Origin: an uncultured Candidatus Peribacteria bacterium
GTDB taxonomy: Bacteria > Patescibacteriota > Gracilibacteria > Peribacterales > Peribacteraceae
Reading direction: 5' to 3'
Length of the DNA stretch: 64,000 bases
Assembly: GCA_964497975.1 (NCBI GenBank)
Contig: CAZCFO010000002.1
Location: 115,768 to 179,767 of the forward strand
Part shown: positions 53,494-63,089 of the stretch, piece after piece
Numbering within the stretch: position 1 is the first letter of the stretch
Layout of the letters: each line of letters starts with the position of its first letter
Program-made: the position numbers and the translations under genes
Notes under the pieces: model-generated
Databases searched by the model: none
What the model saw: only the letters and a program-made list of their open reading frames with translations
What the model was told of the DNA's origin: nothing

Positions 53494-54057
53494 TCACATC
53501 GCCAAAAACATCCTATGAATTGACTGTTCGCCGCGGATTTCCGGATGAAACGTCCCTGCGAGGATTCGTCCATCCTTCACGAGCACGGACTTGCCCCCAT
53601 GAGAAGCCAGAATCTCCACGGACTTGCCCACCGAGGTGATCACCGGCGCACGGATAAATGCCACCGGCAGAGGGCCCTTGAGGCCTTTCACGGACACTGT
53701 TGTCTCAAAACTCTGGGCCTGCGTACCGTATGCATTGCGTTCAACCGTGATATCCAGAAGACCGAGCGTCTTCGGCGCATTTTTTCCTGTCGCTCTTCTT
53801 GAAACGAGAATCGCGCCGGCGCAGGTGCCGTAGACCGCCAGGCTGCCGTCGGCGGCACGGGCTTTGATGAGCGGACCCAGTCCGCCCTCCTCCAGAAACC
53901 TGCTCATGACCGTGCTCTCACCGCCCGGGATGATCAGATGATCAATATCCTCAAGATCCACTCTCCTGCGGATCTCGATAGCCTTCACGGCCAATTTCCG
54001 CAGAACATCGATGTGTTCCGCAAAGTCGCCGTGAAATGCGAGCACGCCAGCGTTCAT
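53494..54057 (-). CDS. pdxT: pyridoxal 5'-phosphate synthase glutaminase subunit
   Basis: LIIPGGESTV, GTCAGAIL (catalytic Cys), FHPE. Directly downstream of pdxS. Confidence 0.9.
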   Translation of the reverse strand: MNAGVLAFHGDFAEHIDVLRKLAVKAIEIRRRVDLEDIDHLIIPGGESTVMSRFLEEGGLGPLIKARAADGSLAVYGTCAGAILVSRRATGKNAPKTLGLLDITVERNAYGTQAQSFETTVSVKGLKGPLPVAFIRAPVITSVGKSVEILASHGGKSVLVKDGRILAGTFHPEIRGEQSIHRMFLAM

Positions 54058-54066
54058 GGCAGCAGT

Positions 54067-54945
54067 TTACCACCCCCGGCCCTGCATTTTCGTCTCCAGA
54101 GTCGATATTTCGAGACCGGGCATCGCCTGGGGAAGGTTGGTGGAAACCCCGGCAAGCTTTTTGGCGTCGTTGAAGTGCACCGTCGCCTGGACGATCGCCT
54201 CCGCGGTGCGCTGCGGATCCTTCGACTTGAAGATGCCGGAACCGACGAACACGCCCTCCGCGCCCAGTTGCATCAGGAGCGCGGCATCCGCGGGCGTCGC
54301 GACGCCGCCCGCAACGAACGTGACCACGGGAAGGCGCTGGTCCTTCTTCACCGTCTGCAGAAGCTCCAGAGGCACGCGCTGGGCAGTCGCCCACTTCTTC
54401 ATCTCCGCGGGCGACATCGACTTCAGGTCCGCAAGCTCCTTCTTGATAAGCTTCAGATGCCGCACGGCCTCGATCACGTTGCCGGTGCCCGCTTCCCCCT
54501 TCGTGCGGATCATCGCCGCGCCTTCGTTGATGCGGCGCAGGGCTTCGCCCAGGTTCGTCGCGCCGCACACGAACGGGATGCGGAACTCGCGCTTGTTCAC
54601 GTGATCGAACGGATCGGCGGGGGTCAGCACTTCGGATTCGTCGATGAAATCGATTTCGAGCGCTTCCAGGATCCTCGCTTCCGCCGTGTGTCCAATCCGT
54701 ACCTTAGCCATGACCGGAATACTCACGGCCTTCTGGATTTCCTTGATCAGCTGGGGGTCGCTCATGCGCGCCACGCCGCCCTGCGCGCGGATGTCAGACG
54801 GCACGCGTTCAAGCGCCATCACGGCGCACGCACCCGCCTTTTCAGCAAGGACGGCCTGTTTCGCGTTGACCACGTCCATGATCACGCCGCCCTTGAGCAT
54901 GCGCGCCAGGTCTTCTCCGAGGATGTTGCGGGAGGTCTTTGCCAC
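54067..54945 (-). CDS. pdxS: pyridoxal 5'-phosphate synthase lyase subunit
   Basis: [42 protein letters not shown] at 54945 preferred because it gives a canonical N-terminus and avoids overlapping bcp. The track ATG is at 55005. Confidence 0.9.
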   Translation of the reverse strand: MAKTSRNILGEDLARMLKGGVIMDVVNAKQAVLAEKAGACAVMALERVPSDIRAQGGVARMSDPQLIKEIQKAVSIPVMAKVRIGHTAEARILEALEIDFIDESEVLTPADPFDHVNKREFRIPFVCGATNLGEALRRINEGAAMIRTKGEAGTGNVIEAVRHLKLIKKELADLKSMSPAEMKKWATAQRVPLELLQTVKKDQRLPVVTFVAGGVATPADAALLMQLGAEGVFVGSGIFKSKDPQRTAEAIVQATVHFNDAKKLAGVSTNLPQAMPGLEISTLETKMQGRGW

Positions 54946-54964
54946 AGATCCGGAGTGTACAGGC

Positions 54965-55432
54965 CTACGCCAATTTTTCCAGATCCTGGAGGACTTCTTT
55001 GGCATGCTCCTCCGGCTTCACCTTCCCGTAGACCCTCGCGATGTTCCCGTCCGGATCGATCAGGTACGACGTGCGCAGTATGCCCATCGAGGTCTTGCCC
55101 AGGAAGGTCTTCTCCCCCCAAGCGCCGTACGCTTCGATCATCGTCCTGTCCGGATCGGCAAGGAGAGCAAAAGGCAGCTGGAACTTCTCGGCAAATTTCC
55201 TGTGGCTTTCCACGGGGTCTTTGCTCACGCCGAACACGGTCACGCCCTTGCGCTGAAGAATCTCAAAATGATCCCGGAAATTGCAGGCTTCCGTCGTGCA
55301 TCCCGGCGTGTCGTCCTTGGGATAGAAGTACACCAGGACCCATCGCCCGCGTTCATCGCTCAGTGAATGGACGACGCCGTTCTGGTCGGGAAGGGCGAAG
55401 GCGGGGGCTGGAGTTCCATTCGAAAGCATCAT
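54965..55432 (-). CDS. bcp: thiol peroxidase Bcp (peroxiredoxin)
   Basis: [19 protein letters not shown], 155 aa. Confidence 0.9.
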   Translation of the reverse strand: MMLSNGTPAPAFALPDQNGVVHSLSDERGRWVLVYFYPKDDTPGCTTEACNFRDHFEILQRKGVTVFGVSKDPVESHRKFAEKFQLPFALLADPDRTMIEAYGAWGEKTFLGKTSMGILRTSYLIDPDGNIARVYGKVKPEEHAKEVLQDLEKLA

Positions 55433-55461
55433 GGATTCATTGTACGCTATGCTTTGAACGT

Positions 55462-55538
55462 CGGGACGTAGCTCAGTTGGCTAGAGCGCCTGGTTTGGGA
55501 CCAGGAGGCCGTGGGTTCAAGTCCCTCCGTCCCGACCA
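55462..55538 (+). tRNA. tRNA-Pro (anticodon UGG)
   Basis: Hand fold: acceptor CGGGACG/CGTCCCG, anticodon stem CCTGG/CCAGG with loop TTTGGGA, T loop TTCAAGT, CCA encoded. There is one T-T mismatch in my T-stem fold. Confidence 0.85.
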
Positions 55539-55553
55539 TCCTTCTTTTCCCCT

Positions 55554-56276
55554 ATGACAACATCCCGCTCCTACCACTATCTCGATCTCGTGATGGCCGC
55601 CTTCGTCACGGTTCTGCTCGTCAGCAATATCGCCTCCTCCGCGAAAATCGTCGACTGGGGATTCTCGATCCGCGGGCTTCCGTTGGCATTCGATGCCGGC
55701 ACGCTGATGTTCCCGCTCAGCTATATTTTCGGCGACATCCTCACCGAAGTGTACGGATACCGCCGCAGCCGCAGGGTTATCTGGGTGGGCTTCGCGGCAT
55801 CGGCAGCGATGAGCCTGGCCTTCTGGATCGTGCAGCGTCTGCCCGGCGAAGCGCAGTGGATGGGCTATGCCGGCGACGAGGCCTATGCGGCGATCCTCGG
55901 CGGCGTCAGCAGCGGGGGGATCATCGTGGCGAGTCTGGCCGCGTATTTTCTCGGTGAATTCAGCAACTCCTTCACGCTCGCGAAGATGAAGGTCGCCATG
56001 AACGGCAGGCATCTGTGGATGCGCACCATCGGTTCCACGCTGATCGGCCAGATCGTGGATACGGCCGGTTTCATTCTGATCGCCACGCTTCTGGGAGTGT
56101 TCCCGTGGGAAATCTTCTGGTCGCTGGTCATCACCAACTACGTCTTCAAGGTCGCCGTTGAGGTGCTCTTCACTCCCCTCACCTACGGCATCGTCGGGTT
56201 CCTCAAGAAGTCGGAGCACGAAGATGTCTACGACCGTGATACGGACTTCAATCCGTTCAGCTTTTCCGGGCGGTGA
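55554..56276 (+). CDS. yhhQ: queuosine precursor transporter (YhhQ/DUF165 family)
   Basis: FDAGTLMFPLSYIFGDILTEVYGYRRSRRVIW with about 6 helices; 240 aa. Confidence 0.8.
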   Translation: MTTSRSYHYLDLVMAAFVTVLLVSNIASSAKIVDWGFSIRGLPLAFDAGTLMFPLSYIFGDILTEVYGYRRSRRVIWVGFAASAAMSLAFWIVQRLPGEAQWMGYAGDEAYAAILGGVSSGGIIVASLAAYFLGEFSNSFTLAKMKVAMNGRHLWMRTIGSTLIGQIVDTAGFILIATLLGVFPWEIFWSLVITNYVFKVAVEVLFTPLTYGIVGFLKKSEHEDVYDRDTDFNPFSFSGR

Positions 56277-56279
56277 CCG

Positions 56280-57740
56280 CTACGCGGTCATACTGCGGAA
56301 CTCGCGGTGCAGTCCTGTCACGTACGCAGCGAGAGCGATGGCGACCGCCGAGAGAAGAACACCTGTGCCGATCGTCGCCGCGGATGTCATAAGCGGCGCG
56401 GAGGCAAAAGCGAACGCTGCGATGAGAAGAGAAAAAGTGAGCCCCCGGATTCTCGCAGCCGACGACAATGCCACATGAATTTTCTTCAGCGTGAGCGGCA
56501 CAAGGAGCGCCGTCAGCAGCACATGAACCAGGATCAGCGCCCAGGCAGCGCCCACGAAGCCGAAACGGGCCGTCCAGAGCAGGTTCAGGATGACAGAAAG
56601 CACAACGCCGATCCCGAAGCACGCGACCAGCTGCCTCCACGAGTGCAGCGCCAGACACACGTAAAAGCAAAACAGCACGATGCCGTTGAGGAACATCGGG
56701 ACGCTCATCAACCTGAACGCTGTATCCGTTCCTGCGTGAGCGGCTGTCGAAAGGTAATCGGGTGTTGCGAACAGAATCGTCAGCGGGCGCGCCCAGGCGT
56801 ACGAGAACGCCAGGAAAATCGCGCCCAGGATGAACAGCGCGAGCAGCGTCTTGCCGAGCAGCGTCGAGACGTCTTCCTTTGCCGCCATGCGTGCGCTCAG
56901 CATCGGCAGAACGGAATTGAGGAGCAGCGTCGGCATCAGGAAGGCCATGTCCTCCACCCGGCCGGCGAATCCGTAGTAGGCGTTCTGCAGGGCGAAGTCG
57001 GGCCGCAGGAACGCGATAAAGGCGACATCCAGCTGCCGGTAGAGGGTGATGAACAGGTACGTAATCCCGAAGGGGGCGGCGATGAGGAGAATCCGCCGGA
57101 AAAGCGCCCACTCGAAGTGCGGGCGGATGCGCATCAGGCGCGACGCGTAAAAGTAGGAAACAAAAAAGAGCAACGCTGCGCCCGCCCCGCCGATCCACAA
57201 AAACCATTCGTACATCCGCACGTCGGTCGACAAACGGACGCCGTAGACGATGAACAGCCCGATGCCGATGGTCGTGAGAATCCGCTGCAGGATTTCGGCG
57301 ATGAAGACGAAATGCATCTTGTACTGCACCTGGAACACCGTCCGCAGCATGCCGGCCAGCAGCGTGAAGAACGGCACGAGCGACGCGATGGCGACGCCTA
57401 TAGGGAACGGCGTACCGCGCCACGTGGGCACCACGAACACGCACAGGATTGCCGCCGCGAACGACGCGAACGTGATGATGCCGCGCAGGACGATGAAGGT
57501 CCCCAGCATCTTCTCCTTGTCGTGGGCTTTGCTCACCTCCCGGACGGAGACCGCGTAGAGACCGAAGTCCGCGAGAATCGCGAAGATCTGCAGGAAGCCG
57601 TAGGCGGAGTTGTAGTAGCCGGCCAGCTCGATGCTCAAGCCGATCGCGACGAACTTCGCCGTCACGATGCTGAGCGCCGCCATCACCCCCTGGCTTGCGA
57701 TTTGCCAGAGAGTGGACGTTGCGATGGGGCGTGTGGACAT
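56280..57740 (-). CDS. MOP-superfamily flippase (polysaccharide biosynthesis protein, Wzx-like)
   Basis: About 12-14 helices. The N-terminus LWQIASQGVMAALSIVTAKFVAIGLSIELAGYYNSAYGF is typical of the family. Trimmed to the ATG at 57740. Confidence 0.65.
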   Translation of the reverse strand: MSTRPIATSTLWQIASQGVMAALSIVTAKFVAIGLSIELAGYYNSAYGFLQIFAILADFGLYAVSVREVSKAHDKEKMLGTFIVLRGIITFASFAAAILCVFVVPTWRGTPFPIGVAIASLVPFFTLLAGMLRTVFQVQYKMHFVFIAEILQRILTTIGIGLFIVYGVRLSTDVRMYEWFLWIGGAGAALLFFVSYFYASRLMRIRPHFEWALFRRILLIAAPFGITYLFITLYRQLDVAFIAFLRPDFALQNAYYGFAGRVEDMAFLMPTLLLNSVLPMLSARMAAKEDVSTLLGKTLLALFILGAIFLAFSYAWARPLTILFATPDYLSTAAHAGTDTAFRLMSVPMFLNGIVLFCFYVCLALHSWRQLVACFGIGVVLSVILNLLWTARFGFVGAAWALILVHVLLTALLVPLTLKKIHVALSSAARIRGLTFSLLIAAFAFASAPLMTSAATIGTGVLLSAVAIALAAYVTGLHREFRSMTA

Positions 57741-57853
57741 GACGCCGCAGTATAGCGCTTTTGAAAAAACGGGCCCCGCATTCGTGCGCAAGCCCGCTTA
57801 CGATGTCATTCCGGGCAGCTCAGTGTGGAACACGGAGCGTATCGGGGAAGAGG

Positions 57854-58204
57854 TCAGCTCTTGGCTCCGAACCCGACAACGAGACACACCGCGGCGATGG
57901 CCGCATGGAGGATGTTGTCCGCCATGTTGACGGCGAAGAGGCCAAGAACCGTGTTGCCCTGCACGTAGCCGATGAGGGCCACGCCCGCATACACGAGACC
58001 GAAAATGATCAGAAACATTTTCGACATCATCTGGTTGCCTGCGACGATCAGCGCAATGGCACCCGACGCGAGGTGGATGATGTTGTGAAGCATATCCACT
58101 TCAAAAATGCCGAGGAGCGGGTTCGACATGAAAAAGCCGAGAATGCCGACGAGGACCAGAACAACGCCGAGGATCCGGGTGACGGGACGAACGAGAGTGC
58201 CCAT
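57854..58204 (-). CDS. small membrane protein (DUF4383-like)
   Basis: Four helices and a repeated motif, FEVDMLHNIIHLASG / FAVNMADNILHAAIA. Trimmed to the ATG at 58204. Confidence 0.5.
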   Translation of the reverse strand: MGTLVRPVTRILGVVLVLVGILGFFMSNPLLGIFEVDMLHNIIHLASGAIALIVAGNQMMSKMFLIIFGLVYAGVALIGYVQGNTVLGLFAVNMADNILHAAIAAVCLVVGFGAKS

Positions 58205-58324
58205 AAAGGGGAAGGGGGAAGAAATTTCCTCTAAGAATACCAAAGAGATTGTGCTCACCATTCAAATTGCAAAAAGCCGCAAGAGATTCTGTACAGCGGG
58301 AGCCTGCTGGTTCAGAGTGATCGC

Positions 58325-59635
58325 ATGCCCGCGAAGACCACAGCCGCCGCCCCGTCCGCGCCCCTGGCCTACAGGATGCGCCCGCGGACCCTTGAGGAAT
58401 TCATCGGTCAGGAGGACGTGATCGGCCCGGGAACGGCGCTGCGCGCGGCGATCGAGAGGGATCAGCTGAGCTCCGCCATCCTGTCGGGGCCGCCGGGAAC
58501 GGGAAAGACGACGCTCGCGCACGTGATCGCCAACATGACGCAGGCGCAGTTCGTGCAGGTGAACGCCGTCACGAGCGGCGTCAAAGAGCTGAAGGCGATT
58601 TGCGCACAGGCGGAGGAAATGTTGCGGAACCTTAAGCAGCGGACGGTCCTGTTCGTCGATGAGATCCACCGGTTCAACCGGGGCCAGCAGGACGCGCTCC
58701 TGCCCTCCGTCGAGAACGGCAGCGTGATCCTCATCGGCGCGACCACCCAGAATCCGTACTTCGACGTGAACGCGGCTCTCATCTCGCGGTCGCAGGTGGT
58801 GTTGCTCAAGCCCCTGAAGCCGGAAGACCTGCAGGCGATATTGCGCCTGACATTGGAGGATGATCGCGGACTGGCCGGAAAGGTCAAAGTGGATCCGCTT
58901 GTGCTCGAGCGCATCGCGCACGTGAGCAACGGTGACGCCCGCATCGCTCTCAATACCCTCGAACTGGCGCTGATGACGGCGGGAAAGAAAGTGACCCTCG
59001 AAACCGCCGAGAAAATCCTCCGGCAGAAGTCGCTGCGGTACGACAAGTCCGGCGAGGACCACTACAACGTCATCTCGGCCTTCATCAAATCCATGCGTGG
59101 CTCCGACCCCGACGCGGCGCTCCTCTGGATGTATCGCATGCTCGAGAGCGGAGAGGATCCGCGGTTCATCTTCCGGCGCATGGCGATCTTCGCGAGCGAG
59201 GACGTCGGCAACGCCGACCCGCGCGCGCTGCAGTTCGTCGTCTCGGCCTGGCAGGCGTTCGAATTGATCGGCCTCCCGGAGGGCGAATTCTTTCTGGCGC
59301 ATGCCTGCGTCTATGTGAGCCAGGCGCCCAAGAGCAACCGGGTCACCGAGGCCATGGGCGCGGCGAAGAAGGCCATCCGCGAATTCCCGACCCTGGAAGT
59401 GCCCAACCACCTGCGCAATGCCCCTGTGAAGGGCATGAAGGAGCAGGGCTATCACAAGGGCTACGAATACCCCCACAGCCACGAGGGGGCCGTGGTGGAC
59501 GCGCATTACTTCCCCATCGGCATGCAGGCGACGAACTTCTACGAACCGAGCGACCGGGGGTTTGAATCCGAGGTTCGCGATCGTATGAACAGGATTCGTG
59601 CAATTGTCCGGGCAGCGCCTGTTTCACAGATCTGA
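58325..59635 (+). CDS. rarA: replication-associated recombination protein A (AAA+ ATPase)
   Basis: RPRTLEEFIGQEDVIG, GPPGTGKTT, VLFVDEIHRFN and a MgsA C-terminal domain. Confidence 0.9.
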   Translation: MPAKTTAAAPSAPLAYRMRPRTLEEFIGQEDVIGPGTALRAAIERDQLSSAILSGPPGTGKTTLAHVIANMTQAQFVQVNAVTSGVKELKAICAQAEEMLRNLKQRTVLFVDEIHRFNRGQQDALLPSVENGSVILIGATTQNPYFDVNAALISRSQVVLLKPLKPEDLQAILRLTLEDDRGLAGKVKVDPLVLERIAHVSNGDARIALNTLELALMTAGKKVTLETAEKILRQKSLRYDKSGEDHYNVISAFIKSMRGSDPDAALLWMYRMLESGEDPRFIFRRMAIFASEDVGNADPRALQFVVSAWQAFELIGLPEGEFFLAHACVYVSQAPKSNRVTEAMGAAKKAIREFPTLEVPNHLRNAPVKGMKEQGYHKGYEYPHSHEGAVVDAHYFPIGMQATNFYEPSDRGFESEVRDRMNRIRAIVRAAPVSQI

Positions 59636-59658
59636 CGTCGAAGGTTGATTGGAAATTA

Positions 59659-59688
59659 TTGACAATATTTAATAATGCCTGATAATAT
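59659..59688 (+). promoter_or_regulatory. putative strong promoter (TTGACA, then TGATAATAT extended -10)
   Basis: TTGACA at 59659-59664 and TG-a-TAATAT at 59680-59688, in the AT-rich gap upstream of the 59716 ORF and priA. Confidence 0.45.
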
Positions 59689-59715
59689 TAACCATCACGT
59701 CTTTCCCCGTCACCT

Positions 59716-59970
59716 ATGGAACATCTCAAGGAAGCAGCAAGTGAGTTTAAGCGTTTGAGGAAAATTGCCAGTAAGCAGGCGGGTTATATCGCCCATGACG
59801 ATCGGTTCGGCGAACAATTGCTCGACGAAGCCACGGACATCATCAAGGGCGTGACAGCACTTTCTGAGGCAGAAAAAATCCAGCGGCTCAAAGCCATTTC
59901 GAATACTCTTCGCGACATCATCAAAACGAACGTGCCGGGGGCCATTTTGAAGGATTTGGGAGATTTGTAA
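59716..59970 (+). CDS. hypothetical small protein
   Basis: 84-aa helical-looking ORF with lower G+C, directly downstream of a consensus-like promoter. Confidence 0.45.
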   Translation: MEHLKEAASEFKRLRKIASKQAGYIAHDDRFGEQLLDEATDIIKGVTALSEAEKIQRLKAISNTLRDIIKTNVPGAILKDLGDL

Positions 59971-60022
59971 TATCGCGAATCGCTGCGAAGTTCGCAGCAC
60001 CCGGGTGGTAGGATACGTTCCC

Positions 60023-62161
60023 ATGTTTGCGACCGTCGTCACCGCCTCCACGTCCTCGGCCATCGGCACGGGCCTGACGTACGAGTTCACGGACGCAACG
60101 ATCAAGCCGGGAACGGCCGTGCGGATTCCGCTGCGCAAGAGCATCGTCGAAGGCATCGTGATCGAGGTGATGGAGAAGAAGCTGCAAACCGAGTTCGATC
60201 TGCGGTCGATCAAAGACGTCCTGGGTGACCGGCCGCTGCTGACCGACGCGCAGATGAAGACCGTCCGCTGGATGTCCGGCTATTACTGCTGTTCGCTCCG
60301 CAATGCCATGAGCGTGTGGCTGCCCGCCCCGCCGTGGTCGCGGCTGCTGCCCAAGGAGATTGTCGGCTACAAAAAGACCCCTTCTGCCGGTCCCCTGCCC
60401 CGCGGAAAAAAGGCGCAGGCGGTGATGGAATTCCTGCGCGACCGCGAGTGGGCTTCCCGCGACGAGATCATCCACGAAACCGGTGCCGGAGCTGCTGTCC
60501 TCAAGAGACTGATCGAGCTACGGCTTCTCATAGAAGAACGCTCCAGGGCCCCCAACCCTACCCCCAACCCGGACCCGGGCCCTGTTATAACCAATCATCA
60601 GACCCTCACTCCGGTTCAGCGCGAGGTCTATGACGCGATCCACAGCGACCCCCGTCCTTCCCTCCTGTTCGGGATCACGGGTTCCGGCAAGACCGAGATC
60701 TATGCATCGCTGGTGTCGGACGTTATTGCGAAGGGCAGGTCCGCCATCGTCCTGGTTCCCGAAATTCTCCTCACCGAGAACATCATCGACCGCTTTGCCC
60801 GCCTGCTCCCGCGCGAGAAGATTTCGATTTTGCACAGCCGTCTCAAACCGGGTGCACGGAAAAACGAATGGAAGCGCATTTATGCGGGCGAGGTCAGTCT
60901 CGTTATCGGTTCCCGTAGCGCGCTCTTCGCGCCACTCGCGGATGTCGGGCTCATTATTCTCGATGAAGAGCACGAATGGACGTACAAGAACGAACAGACG
61001 CCGCGTTATCACGCGCGGGAGACGGCGGAGGCATTGTGCGGCCATGCCGGCGCCAAGCTGGTATTGGGGAGCGCGACGCCGTCGCTGGAGTCGTGGCATC
61101 GCGCGAAGACCGGCCTCTATCACCTGGCACGACTGCCCGAACGCTACAACAGCAACATGCTCCCGACGGTGACCGTCGTCGACCTCGCGGAGACAAAATT
61201 CGACGGCAACTATCCTTTTTCGCCGCAACTGCTGACCGCCATCGCGGACCGGCTCAGGAAGAACGAGCAGTCCGTGCTCTTCCTCAATCGCCGCGGCACC
61301 GCGAGCGCCCTGCTCTGCCTGCAGTGCCGCCGCCGCGTCATCTCGCCCGAATCGCAATTGCCGTTCACCGTGCACCACCGCCCCGACGGCACACCGTACC
61401 TGATGGACCACACGACAGGCATGTCCGCTCCCGTCCCGGCGCAGTGCCCGCATTGCGCGAGTACGAAGCTCCATGAAATCGGCGCCGGAACGGAAAGACT
61501 CGAAACGATCATCAAAAAGCTCTTTCCCGCCGCCCGGGTCCTGCGCGCCGATACCGACACCCTGCAGAGTCCGGAACAGATGCGCACGCTTCTCCAAAAG
61601 ATGCAGCGCCGCGAAGCCGATATCCTTCTCGGGACGCAGACCGTCGTGAAGGGGCTCGACCTGCCCGAGGTGACGCTCGCCGCCGTGCTGGTCGCCGACA
61701 TCGGGCTCAGCCTGCCGCATTTCCGCGCGGGCGAACGCATCTTCCAGCTCCTGACGCAGCTCACCGGCCGCAGCGGGCGCTCCAAACCCGGCGAAGTGAT
61801 CCTGCAGACCTTCCGGCCCGACGCGCTCGAGGTGATCGCCGCCGCGAAGCATGACACCGAAAATTACCTGGAGGGCGAACTGCGGATGCGCACGCACGCC
61901 GGGTACCCGCCGGCAACGTCGATGATCCGCCTGCTGATCCGCGGGCCGGATGCGGACGCCCGGGCGAAGAAACTGCAGGGCGAAGCCATGAGCGCGAATC
62001 TGCGCACCGGCAATCCCCTCAAAATCAGCCTGTCCCCCACCCTCTTCGGCGCCGGCCGCGAGTGGCAGATTCTTCTGCGCGGCCCGGACCCCCGGGCTCT
62101 GCTGGATCACCTGCAATTGAAGGGGGTGATCGTCGACCGGGACCCGATCGAGACCGTATAG
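60023..62161 (+). CDS. priA: primosomal protein N' (replication restart helicase)
   Basis: LLFGITGSGKTE, IILDEEHE, Cys clusters CLQCRRRV and CPHCAS, GTQTVVKGLD. Trimmed to the ATG at 60023. Confidence 0.9.
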   Translation: MFATVVTASTSSAIGTGLTYEFTDATIKPGTAVRIPLRKSIVEGIVIEVMEKKLQTEFDLRSIKDVLGDRPLLTDAQMKTVRWMSGYYCCSLRNAMSVWLPAPPWSRLLPKEIVGYKKTPSAGPLPRGKKAQAVMEFLRDREWASRDEIIHETGAGAAVLKRLIELRLLIEERSRAPNPTPNPDPGPVITNHQTLTPVQREVYDAIHSDPRPSLLFGITGSGKTEIYASLVSDVIAKGRSAIVLVPEILLTENIIDRFARLLPREKISILHSRLKPGARKNEWKRIYAGEVSLVIGSRSALFAPLADVGLIILDEEHEWTYKNEQTPRYHARETAEALCGHAGAKLVLGSATPSLESWHRAKTGLYHLARLPERYNSNMLPTVTVVDLAETKFDGNYPFSPQLLTAIADRLRKNEQSVLFLNRRGTASALLCLQCRRRVISPESQLPFTVHHRPDGTPYLMDHTTGMSAPVPAQCPHCASTKLHEIGAGTERLETIIKKLFPAARVLRADTDTLQSPEQMRTLLQKMQRREADILLGTQTVVKGLDLPEVTLAAVLVADIGLSLPHFRAGERIFQLLTQLTGRSGRSKPGEVILQTFRPDALEVIAAAKHDTENYLEGELRMRTHAGYPPATSMIRLLIRGPDADARAKKLQGEAMSANLRTGNPLKISLSPTLFGAGREWQILLRGPDPRALLDHLQLKGVIVDRDPIETV

Positions 62162-62170
62162 CGTCCTTTT

Positions 62171-62297
62171 GTGTCATGGTGAGGTGCCCGGAAATCGCAA
62201 CCGGGCCTCGAACCATGAGTATTACTTGAACCACCCATCATGGTTCGAGGCTCGTCGCCCGCTGCGGCGGTTGAGCGTCTCGCCTCACCATGACACT
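62171..62297. repeat. inverted pair of REP/MITE-like units
   Basis: Unit at 62171-62218 (GTGTCATGGTGAGG...GCCTCGAACCATGA) and a reverse-oriented unit at 62238-62297. The inner ends form a 14-bp perfect stem, 62205-62218 with 62238-62251. Confidence 0.6.
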
Positions 62298-62396
62298 TCC
62301 AAACGTGGCATTGACGACTCTTGGTTCCTGATACGAAGCGGTCTATTCACCGATTCGTGACTTCTGTAGCGTAGAAGTACTTTCTCCTCACACTCG

Positions 62397-62999
62397 ATGC
62401 ACTACCACAAGTACGCCGCCGAATTCGTCGGAACCTTCGCCCTCACGCTCGTCGTATGGCTCTCCGTCGCCTTCGCGATGCCGTTCCCGACTCCGGTGAT
62501 GGCCGCCCTCACCCTCGGACTCTTCGTCTACACGATCGGGGGCATCAGCGGCGCGCATCTCAACCCCGCGGTGACAATCGGCATGTTCAGCGCAAACAAG
62601 CTCAAGACGAATGACGCGGTGATGTACGTCATCTTCCAGATCGCGGGCGCCGCCGTGGCCATGACGCTCGGGCGCGCATTGAGCGGCCAGGTGGCCTCGG
62701 TGGAATACGAGGGGACGCTTGTGGCCGGTGCCGCGGAGGCCTTGGGCGCCTTCTTCCTGGCATTCGGCGTGATGTCGGCGACCCTGCAGAAGGTTCCTCC
62801 CGCTGCGGCGGGCCTGGTCGTCGGTACGTCGCTCCTGGTCGGCATTTACGCCGCATTCCCCTTCAGCAACGCCATCCTGAACCCGGCCGTCGCTCTGGGC
62901 ATCAACTCCTTCGGCCCCATGGAAATCCTCGGACCCATCGTCGGCGCGGTGGCCGGAGCATGGGCCCGGGTGGCGCTGGAGAATGGCAAGCATTCCTGA
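62397..62999 (+). CDS. MIP-family channel (aquaporin-like)
   Basis: Two NPA boxes, HLNPAVTIG and ILNPAVALG, and six helices; 200 aa. Confidence 0.85.
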   Translation: MHYHKYAAEFVGTFALTLVVWLSVAFAMPFPTPVMAALTLGLFVYTIGGISGAHLNPAVTIGMFSANKLKTNDAVMYVIFQIAGAAVAMTLGRALSGQVASVEYEGTLVAGAAEALGAFFLAFGVMSATLQKVPPAAAGLVVGTSLLVGIYAAFPFSNAILNPAVALGINSFGPMEILGPIVGAVAGAWARVALENGKHS

Positions 63000-63000
63000 G

Positions 63001-63080
63001 AGGAACACGAAGACAACGACGAACACAAGGAACACGACGAGCATATCGTCGTGCTCTTCGAGTTCCTCGTGTTCCTTGCT
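63001..63080. terminator. palindromic region between the convergent aquaporin and SpoU genes
   Basis: CACGACGA (63033-63040) pairs with TCGTCGTG (63046-63053) across a 5-nt loop. An alternative outer stem is AAGGAACACGA (63027-63037) with TCGTGTTCCTT (63067-63077). Built from GAACACGA/ACGACGA words. Confidence 0.5.
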
Positions 63081-63089
63081 CTCCTGTGT

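Noticed and set aside
55539-55553. A preQ1 riboswitch upstream of yhhQ.
   Set aside because: Only 15 nt separate tRNA-Pro from the start codon, which leaves no room for an aptamer.
51511-62116. Long alternative-strand ORFs 51511..53523, 53938..55557, 56257..57444, 56307..57755, 58262..59506 and 60518..62116.
   Set aside because: Each is antisense or off-frame to a confidently identified gene (lepA, pdxT/pdxS/bcp, flippase, rarA, priA). Each has the same Arg/Gly/His/Pro-rich artefact composition.
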